Assembly: GCA_035554995.1 (NCBI GenBank)
Contig: DATMHK010000048.1
Span: 207-64,206, forward strand
Reading direction: 5' to 3'
DNA: 64,000 nucleotides
DNA from: Gemmatimonadaceae bacterium
GTDB lineage: Bacteria > Gemmatimonadota > Gemmatimonadetes > Gemmatimonadales > Gemmatimonadaceae
Position numbers and translations under genes: made by a program. Below are positions 56,231 to 64,000 of the stretch, piece after piece. The number at the start of each line of letters is the position of its first letter. Positions within the stretch are counted from its first letter, which is position 1. Under the pieces are notes generated by a model. That model worked only from the letters and a program-made list of their open reading frames with translations. It had not been told where the DNA came from and ran no database searches.

Positions 56231-57334
56231 TCAGCCGGTGACCGCCGGAACCTGCTCCGAGACGCGCTCGGCAATCGACGCAAGCGCCCGCGCCGCCGAG
56301 GACTGCGCGTCGGCGACCACGATCGGACGACCCAGATCGCCGCCCTCTCGCACTCGCGTGTACAACGGAATCTGCCCGAGCAGCGGAAGTCCGAGCTCGT
56401 TCGCCAGGCGCTCTCCGCCTCCCTCGCCGAAAATCGGCGACGGCTTGCCGCAGTGCGGACACTCGAACCAGCTCATGTTCTCGACGATGCCGACGACAGG
56501 TACGTTCACGCGCTCGAACATCTTCGCCCCGCGCAGCGCGTCGCCGATCGCGACTTCCTGCGGCGTCGTGACGATGATCGCGCCGGTGATATTCGTCGCC
56601 TGCACGAGCGTGAGCTGCGCGTCGCCCGTACCCGGCGGCAGATCGACGATGAAGTAGTCCAGCGTGCCCCAGGCGACGTCACGTAGAAACTGCGTGATGA
56701 TTTTCATGATGATCGGACCACGCCAGATCGCCGGCTGGTCGCGATCGATCAGGAAACCGAGGCTGATGAGCTTCACCCCGTGCGCCTCGAGCGGGACGAT
56801 CTTCTCGTTGAGGACCATCGGCGGCTCGTTGACGCCCATCATCAACGGGATGTTCGGGCCATAGATGTCGGCGTCCATCAGGCCGACGCGTTTGCCGCTC
56901 TGCGCCAGGGCCACCGCGAGGTTCACGGCGACGGTGGATTTGCCGACGCCGCCCTTGCCGCTCGAGATCGCGATGATCCGGCCGAGGTTCGGGTAGGCGA
57001 CAGGCGTCGGCGCCGGAACGCGCGCCTGCTGTGCTGGGCGTTGCGCGTCCATCACCGGGAGGGCACGGCTCGCCGCTTTGCGCTTCGCGTCGGCTGCGAC
57101 GTCGCTCACGTCCACCGTCACCTGCGCTACACCATCGACCGCTTCAACGGCTTGGCGAATGGAGCGCGCGAGCGCGGGATCGTCGCCCGCGGCAAGCAAG
57201 AGCGTGAGGCGGACTTTGCCGTCTGTCGTCGTCGCGATGTCGCGCACAGCTTCGCTCGACAGCACGTCGACGCCCGTGCGCGGATGGCGCACTCGCGAAA
57301 GTGCCTCGGCGATTCGACCCTGCAGCGTCGTCAT
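56231..57334 (-). CDS. apbC: Fe-S cluster carrier ATPase Mrp/ApbC
   Basis: 367 aa. It has an N-terminal DUF59-like domain, the deviant Walker A SGKGGVGKST, and a CPHCG cluster-binding motif. Confidence 0.93.
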   Translation of the reverse strand: MTTLQGRIAEALSRVRHPRTGVDVLSSEAVRDIATTTDGKVRLTLLLAAGDDPALARSIRQAVEAVDGVAQVTVDVSDVAADAKRKAASRALPVMDAQRPAQQARVPAPTPVAYPNLGRIIAISSGKGGVGKSTVAVNLAVALAQSGKRVGLMDADIYGPNIPLMMGVNEPPMVLNEKIVPLEAHGVKLISLGFLIDRDQPAIWRGPIIMKIITQFLRDVAWGTLDYFIVDLPPGTGDAQLTLVQATNITGAIIVTTPQEVAIGDALRGAKMFERVNVPVVGIVENMSWFECPHCGKPSPIFGEGGGERLANELGLPLLGQIPLYTRVREGGDLGRPIVVADAQSSAARALASIAERVSEQVPAVTG

Positions 57335-57362
57335 ATCTCGGGAGAATTCGAAGGGCGGCGGC

Positions 57363-58409
57363 TCAGCCTACGGCGACCGCTCGCGGTGATCGTGCCAGAT
57401 ACTGCTGCGCCGCGCCGATGACCCGGTCGCGCACATCCTCGAGCGAGCCGGCGATGAGCGCGCCCGACGCTTTCGCGTGGCCGCCTCCGCCGAACTGCCG
57501 CGCGAAGTCGTTGACGTCCACTTCGCCTGTGCTGCGGAAGGAGACTTTGACCTTCCCATACCCAAGGTCGCGAAAGAAGAGCGCCATCCGCGTCCCGCCG
57601 ATCGAGCGGGCGTGCTCGACGATGCCGTCGAGGTCCTCCTGGCGCACGCCGTAGTGCTCGAGTGCACCGGCATTCATCGAGAGCCAGGCTAGCCCCAGGT
57701 TTTCGTCGACGCCTAGTGTGGACAGCACTTCGGCGAGAAGCCGCAGCCGGCCCGCGGGGGCGGAGGCATAGACGCGGACGTACATCTCCTCCGGATTGAC
57801 GCCTGCCGCCAGAAGATCAGCGGCGATCGCGTGGCAGCGCGGCGTCGCGTTGCTGAAGCGGAAGCTTCCCGTGTCCGTGAGAATCGCCGCGTAGAGAGCG
57901 CGCGCGACTGGCGGCGTGATCTCGTAATCGAGGACGCGGGCCAGATCGTACACCAGCTCGCCGGTGGCGCATGCCGCGACGTCGGTCAACACGATGCTGC
58001 CCGCGGGATCGTCGGAGGCGATGTGGTGATCGATCACCATTTTCGGCACGGCGAGCCGCCGCACGCTTTCGGCGAGTGAGCCCAGACGCTTCACGTCGCT
58101 GATGTCGAGCACGATCAGCAGATCGATGTCGCGAAAGGCGGCCGAACCGTCGGCGCTGCGATCGCTGACACCCTCGAGCAGAAAGTCGAACAGGTCGGGC
58201 CAGGACGTCGGATTCACGATCCGGACGTCGAGGCCGCGCTGCGCCAGCATCAACGCCAGAGCGACCTCGGAACCGCAGCCGTCGCCGTCGGCGTTCATGT
58301 GCGTCGACAGCGCGACGCGGCGGCCGGGGATGAATTCGCGCGCCAGCTGCTCGATCGCGGCGCGTCGCGGCTGGGGGATGGTGAGGTACTCGCTGACGGT
58401 GTGTGACAT
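57363..58409 (-). CDS. nrnA: DHH/DHHA1 phosphoesterase (NrnA-like oligoribonuclease/pAp phosphatase)
   Basis: Start trimmed to MSHTVSEYL. Motifs are HMNADGDGCGS, VIDHH and GGGHAKASG. Confidence 0.83.
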   Translation of the reverse strand: MSHTVSEYLTIPQPRRAAIEQLAREFIPGRRVALSTHMNADGDGCGSEVALALMLAQRGLDVRIVNPTSWPDLFDFLLEGVSDRSADGSAAFRDIDLLIVLDISDVKRLGSLAESVRRLAVPKMVIDHHIASDDPAGSIVLTDVAACATGELVYDLARVLDYEITPPVARALYAAILTDTGSFRFSNATPRCHAIAADLLAAGVNPEEMYVRVYASAPAGRLRLLAEVLSTLGVDENLGLAWLSMNAGALEHYGVRQEDLDGIVEHARSIGGTRMALFFRDLGYGKVKVSFRSTGEVDVNDFARQFGGGGHAKASGALIAGSLEDVRDRVIGAAQQYLARSPRAVAVG

Positions 58410-58450
58410 TCCGCAGCGAAACCTAATGTCGTCCTGCGGGACGAAGCTGC

Positions 58451-58561
58451 CTACTGTCATCCTGAGGGCGCGAAGCGCCCGAGGGATCTACCCTCCCGGT
58501 CTGGTTGCCAGATCAGGACAGTAGATCCCTCGCTCGCGTTGCTCGCTCGGGATGACTGCTA
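58451..58561. repeat. Two inverted copies of a ~40-nt GTCATCC...GAGGGATCTAC element
   Basis: The left copy is GTCATCCTGAGGGCGCGAAGCGCCCGAGGGATCTAC. The reverse complement of the right copy is GTCATCCCGAGCGAGCAACGCGAGCGAGGGATCTAC. Together they form a long imperfect hairpin 3' of the permease gene. Confidence 0.85.
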
Positions 58562-60067
58562 GTCGGCCGCGACGGGCTCCGCGCCGCCGGCGTATGCAGA
58601 CAGCCGCGAGTGGCTGCGGCCGTACCCGAAATAGATGACCAGGCCGATGACCAACCAGACGATCAGACGCAGCCAGTTCGTCCACCCAAGTCCATAGATC
58701 ATCGCGCCGCACGTGACGATGCCGAGCGTCGCGACCACGGGGACTGCCGGCGTCCGGAAGGCACGCGGCAGGTCGGGGCGTTGCACGCGCATGATCCACA
58801 CACCCGCGCACACCAGGATGAACGCGAACAGCGTTCCGATGCTCGTCATCTCGCCGACGATGTCGCCGGGGATGAAGCCGCCGAAGATCGCCGTCACCAG
58901 GAAGAAGAGCATGTTCGACTTGTACGGCGTCCGGAAGCGCGGGTGGACCTCGGAGAACACGCCCGGCACCAGGCCGTCCTTGCTCATCGAGTAGAACACG
59001 CGCGACTGGCCGAGAAGCATGACGAGGATGACGGACGAAAAACCGGCGAGAATCGCGACCGTCACGAAGTTGGCCAACCAGGAGTAGCCCGGCATGTAGG
59101 CGGCGATCGCCGCGGTCACCGACGCTTCCTTACCCTGCGTGCGGAAGAAGTTCACGTCGGCCAAGCCGCTCAGCACGTAGGAGAAGAGCACGTAGAGCAC
59201 CGTACAAATCACGAGCGAACCGAGGATGCCGATCGGCATGTCTCGCTTCGGATTCTTCGCTTCCTGCGCCGCGGTGGACACGGCGTCGAATCCGATGAAG
59301 GCGAAGAACACCACGCCCGCCGCGCCGAGAATCCCCATGACGCCGCCAAAGGGGTGATTCACGCCCTCAGCCGTCGTATACGTCGTCGTGCTGGGGACGA
59401 ACGGCGTGTGGTTCGCGGGATTGATGAAGTGCCAACCGAACATGATGACCATGATCACGATGGCGACCTTGGTGATCACGATCAGGTTGTTCACCCACGC
59501 CGACTCCTGCGTGCCGCGGACCAGCAGCAGCGAGAGGACGAGCAAAATGAAAACGGCGGGAATGTTCATCATGCCATGAACACCCGCCGTACTCGTCTCG
59601 AATGGTGAGTGATACCACTGATACGGGATTGCCATCCCGAAAAAGCCAAGAACTTTGTTGAAGTACTCGCTCCAGGCAATGGCGACCGTGGCCGCTCCGA
59701 CCGCGTACTCGAGCACCAGATCCCATCCGATGATCCACGCCACCAGCTCGCCCATCGTGACGTACGAATAGGTGTACGCGCTGCCCGCGATCGGAATCAT
59801 CGACGCGAACTCCGCGTAACACAGGCCGGCGAACGCGCAGCCGATGCCCGCGACGATGAATGCGAGGGTGACCGAAGGACCGGCCCGTTCGGCGATGGCG
59901 GCGGCCGTTCGGACGAACAGACCAGCGCCAATGATCGCGCCAATCCCAAGGGCAATCAGGGCGCCCGGACCCAACGTCCTTTTCAGGCCCTTCCCGCTTT
60001 CGCCTTCGGCTGCGCTTTCCGCGATCAACCGATCGATTGATTTCGTCCGTGTGAGTTCGCCGGCCAC
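58559..60067 (-). CDS. APC-superfamily amino acid permease
   Basis: 502 aa with a GTG start preceded by AGGAGG. The protein has 12-14 TM segments and LGPGALIALGIGAIIGAGLFV, a typical APC N-terminal motif. Confidence 0.9.
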   Translation of the reverse strand: MAGELTRTKSIDRLIAESAAEGESGKGLKRTLGPGALIALGIGAIIGAGLFVRTAAAIAERAGPSVTLAFIVAGIGCAFAGLCYAEFASMIPIAGSAYTYSYVTMGELVAWIIGWDLVLEYAVGAATVAIAWSEYFNKVLGFFGMAIPYQWYHSPFETSTAGVHGMMNIPAVFILLVLSLLLVRGTQESAWVNNLIVITKVAIVIMVIMFGWHFINPANHTPFVPSTTTYTTAEGVNHPFGGVMGILGAAGVVFFAFIGFDAVSTAAQEAKNPKRDMPIGILGSLVICTVLYVLFSYVLSGLADVNFFRTQGKEASVTAAIAAYMPGYSWLANFVTVAILAGFSSVILVMLLGQSRVFYSMSKDGLVPGVFSEVHPRFRTPYKSNMLFFLVTAIFGGFIPGDIVGEMTSIGTLFAFILVCAGVWIMRVQRPDLPRAFRTPAVPVVATLGIVTCGAMIYGLGWTNWLRLIVWLVIGLVIYFGYGRSHSRLSAYAGGAEPVAAD

Positions 60068-60293
60068 GCCACCCCTCCTAGGTTCGTGGATGATTCATCT
60101 GTTACGCCCGTCTAGGACGGGCTGGCGAGAATTGTATGCAAATCTTCACCGCGAGGGCCGCCGTGTCAATGACATCCGACGGCCCCCCGAGCACCAGTAT
60201 CGGCCTAAGCGCGCTCGGCAGAACAACCTCGTGAAGTAGAGCACGTGCGCCCGCATGTCCAGAGGGCGACGCGAAGAACAATCCGTTTATCGA

Positions 60294-61859
<1,566 letters not shown>

Positions 61860-61882
61860 CTACCCCGCGGTAGGCCGACGAC

Positions 61883-62329
61883 TTACCTGCCGATCACGCG
61901 CAGACGCCTCCGAATCCGTTTCGGCAGAAAGAACGCCGCGGCCGCCAGCGCGCCGCGAAGGTTCAGATCGCCCAGATCCGACGCCTCTCCGGACCAGTGA
62001 TCGAGCAGCACGACGCGACCGGCGTTGGCGATCAGTCGCTGGAGTGCGAGCACCAGCAAATACACGTCGTCGATCTCGCCGAAGAACGGAATGAAGTCCG
62101 GGATCAGGTCGATCGGCATGACGATGTACGCGATCGCGCCGAAGACAAAGAGTTTGTCCATCAGCGCAACGCGCGGATCGGTAATCAGGCCGCCGAGCAG
62201 TCGAACGTACTGCGGCAGCTGCCGGACGTAGTACATGACGGTGCGCTTGGCGCCCGTTCGTGGTGCGCCCGCGGCCGGAGCCTCCTCCGCGGGACGCCGC
62301 TTGGTGCGCGCTGCCGATCGCGTAGCCAT
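61883..62329 (-). CDS. DUF1232 (YkvA-like) membrane protein
   Basis: 148 aa. FVFGAIAYIVMPIDLIPDFIPFFGEIDDV is the DUF1232 signature as I recall it. Its ATG overlaps the upstream stop (ATGA). Confidence 0.8.
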   Translation of the reverse strand: MATRSAARTKRRPAEEAPAAGAPRTGAKRTVMYYVRQLPQYVRLLGGLITDPRVALMDKLFVFGAIAYIVMPIDLIPDFIPFFGEIDDVYLLVLALQRLIANAGRVVLLDHWSGEASDLGDLNLRGALAAAAFFLPKRIRRRLRVIGR

Positions 62330-62733
62330 CAGAGCGTCTCTCCGGATCCGCCTGGATCTTTGATGTCATGTGCGGTCGACGACGCGTTCGTATTCGTCGA
62401 CGGCGGAGGCTGCGGGCTGGACTGAGATCCTGGCCGCGCCGTGTTCACCAGCTCGTTCGCCATGCTCTTGCCCGTCTCCACGGCGTTGTTCAACACGTTC
62501 GCCGCGCGATTCATGAACCCGACGGTCTCGGCGATCGCGCTCGCGGAGACTTTGCCCGCGCGCAGCTTGTCTTCAATCGCTTCGGTGAACCGCGTGAAGA
62601 CGCTCGCGTTCGGCGACGGACGTTCGGCGTATCGCGACTCGAGGAACTCGACGTAGTCGAGCACCTGATATCCGCGCTCGTCCGAGAGGGTCTCCAGCTT
62701 TCTGAGAATTCGGTCGCGCAGATGCTCGTTCAT
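62329..62733 (-). CDS. Hypothetical protein (134 aa) with short N-terminal helix motif ...VLDYVEFLESRY
   Basis: Start trimmed from a 255-aa track ORF to MNEHLRDRILRKLETL. The upstream part is Arg/Thr-rich and overlaps the M15 peptidase gene region. Confidence 0.6.
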   Translation of the reverse strand: MNEHLRDRILRKLETLSDERGYQVLDYVEFLESRYAERPSPNASVFTRFTEAIEDKLRAGKVSASAIAETVGFMNRAANVLNNAVETGKSMANELVNTARPGSQSSPQPPPSTNTNASSTAHDIKDPGGSGETL

Positions 62734-62758
62734 TCGCCGTTTTGTTGTTCTGGGTGTG

Positions 62759-63766
62759 TCAGCCTTTCCAGCGCGACCTGCTGCCTCGAGCGTCGATGTG
62801 CACGTATGGCGTGTTGTACGCCGCGCTCGTGTACAGCCCGAGGCCGCCGATGAGGTCGGGGTGCTCGCTCTCCACCTCGTCCACGGCTCGCACGACCAAT
62901 GCCTCGTCGCGCGCGGTGATGCGTCCGTCGCCGTCAGCGTCGATCGCGAGATCGGCCGCGTCACCGTACTGGTGACGACTGTCGCTCGCCGCCCGCCAGA
63001 CGCCGCGGTTGTGGGCCGGCGTCCGGAAACCGCTGTGCACGTCAAATGCCACTTCGCGCGAATCCTCGGCGGCACGCCTGAACCGAGCTTGCGCACCGAT
63101 TCTCGCGAGCACCAGCTCGAGCTTGTCGAGCAAGCGTGGATTCAAGGCGACGTACTTCGGCCAGACGTCTTGTTGATCACGGGTGACGAAGTCGCCGAGG
63201 CGAAGGTGCGTGCTGACTCTGCGGTCGACGTCGCCGCGATCTACCTGGAGGAAGCCAAGCGGATGATCGTGTCCGGAAAGTCGCTCCGCGATGTACGTCC
63301 CGATGCGGTACCCGTTGAGCGTGGCGCCGATCTTTTCCTGAAACGGAACCATGACCGCGAGGGTCGGCTCCGTGATGATCTGTCGGTCGGTCCCGCGTAC
63401 GACTGCCAGGTGGTAATAGCCCGGGGTGCTCGGACTGATGAACGACGCTCCGCTGATCGGTTGCAGCCCCGTGCGGCGGGTGGTGTCGTCCGCGGCGATC
63501 CATTCGTAGGCGAGCGAGCTCACGTCGCCGCTGACCTCGAGCGGGAACTCGACCAGGCTGGCGGGCAGAGCGAAGCGCAGCCGCACCTCGCGGCTGTCGC
63601 CAAAGGCGTTCAGCGACGCGCCAGCCGACAGCCCGCGTGCGCGCGCAAGCGCCGCAAACGGCTGCGTCGGTGCCGGGCTCGCCGGTTTATAGAATTGGAC
63701 GATGCCGAGCGCGGCCGCGACTATTGCCGCGAACGCGCCCCAGCGTCCTTTTTCCCGCTCTGCCAT
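62759..63766 (-). CDS. Peptidase M15A-like (YcbK/DUF882-type zinc D,D-peptidase fold) with N-terminal TM anchor
   Basis: 335 aa. SGFRTPAHNRGV...SRHQYGDAADL ... YVHIDARG matches the H-x6-D ... H zinc pattern. An EF-hand-like loop DADGDGRITARD is inserted. Confidence 0.75.
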   Translation of the reverse strand: MAEREKGRWGAFAAIVAAALGIVQFYKPASPAPTQPFAALARARGLSAGASLNAFGDSREVRLRFALPASLVEFPLEVSGDVSSLAYEWIAADDTTRRTGLQPISGASFISPSTPGYYHLAVVRGTDRQIITEPTLAVMVPFQEKIGATLNGYRIGTYIAERLSGHDHPLGFLQVDRGDVDRRVSTHLRLGDFVTRDQQDVWPKYVALNPRLLDKLELVLARIGAQARFRRAAEDSREVAFDVHSGFRTPAHNRGVWRAASDSRHQYGDAADLAIDADGDGRITARDEALVVRAVDEVESEHPDLIGGLGLYTSAAYNTPYVHIDARGSRSRWKG

Positions 63767-63871
63767 GCCGCCATGATAGGGGTTGGGCCCGTTAGCGTCC
63801 AGCCATTTTAGATTTCTCGCCGCCTCGAATTCGGCAATCCGCCGGGCTCGAATCCTTCTACCTCGTTTTTT

Positions 63872-64000
63872 GTGCCCAAGAGTCCGGTTGTCCTCGTCGT
63901 GCTCGACGGGTGGGGTTACCGCCCTGAGCGTGACGGGAACGCGATTGCCCTTGCCAAAACACCCACTTGGGACGCGCTCGTCGCGAACTATCCGGGAACA
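63872..64000 (+). CDS. gpmI: 2,3-bisphosphoglycerate-independent phosphoglycerate mutase (5' fragment, continues beyond the window)
   Basis: A GTG start gives [43 protein letters not shown], the canonical iPGM N-terminus. It is truncated by the window edge. Confidence 0.85.
   Translation, partial: MPKSPVVLVVLDGWGYRPERDGNAIALAKTPTWDALVANYPGT

Noticed and set aside
60068-60293. Possible riboswitch or leader in the 226-nt region upstream of the amino-acid permease, with hairpins GCCCGTC-TAG-GACGGGC at about 60105-60123 and GGGCCGCCG...CGACGGCCC at about 60154-60187
   Set aside because: I recognise no match to a known riboswitch core such as lysine, glycine or SAM. The hairpins may simply be the guaB terminator region. 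This would need a covariance-model scan (Rfam/Infernal).
62734-63096. 5' extension of the 62329-63096 ORF
   Set aside because: The extension is Arg/Thr/Ala-rich and overlaps the 3' end of the M15A-like peptidase gene. The plausible protein starts at MNEHLRD (62733).

Overview
GC-rich (about two-thirds G+C by eye, not computed) 64-kb chromosomal segment from a diderm bacterium. The gene content and repeat style suggest a soil lineage such as Gemmatimonadota or Acidobacteriota, but that is inference only. I support about 60 protein genes, one tRNA-Leu, two clear rho-independent terminators and several families of short intergenic repeats. Most of the window is housekeeping: dnaK, htrA, tig-clpP-clpX-lon-engB, trpE, an LPS-core kinase/glycosyltransferase cluster, maf-dtd, glmS-glmM, purD-mutM, a ubiE-ubiD-ubiA-ubiX prenylquinone cluster, an ECF sigma/anti-sigma module, apbC, guaB and the start of gpmI. 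Many long ORFs in the six-frame track are antisense shadow ORFs or 5' extensions caused by high GC, and I trimmed or rejected them. The best candidate for an undescribed system is a tRNA-proximal accessory block at about 5.6-13.5 kb. It contains a six-gene, translationally coupled minus-strand operon (6989-12639). The operon encodes three paralogous secreted subunit-like proteins, a two-domain PapD-like periplasmic protein, a 928-aa outer-membrane protein with flanking Ig-like domains, and a small secreted protein. This architecture resembles a chaperone-usher fibre system, but I see no canonical signatures. Other notable items: a GspE/PilB-type secretion ATPase fused in frame to a C-terminal Nudix hydrolase; an 11-nt poly-G tract in the signal-peptide region of a large outer-membrane protein; a conserved 50-70 nt palindromic element present twice with a compensatory stem change; heptamer (GCGATGG) and octamer (NNCTCGGC/GCCGAGNN) tandem arrays that build intergenic hairpins; and an FHA-GAF-adenylate cyclase abutting trpE.
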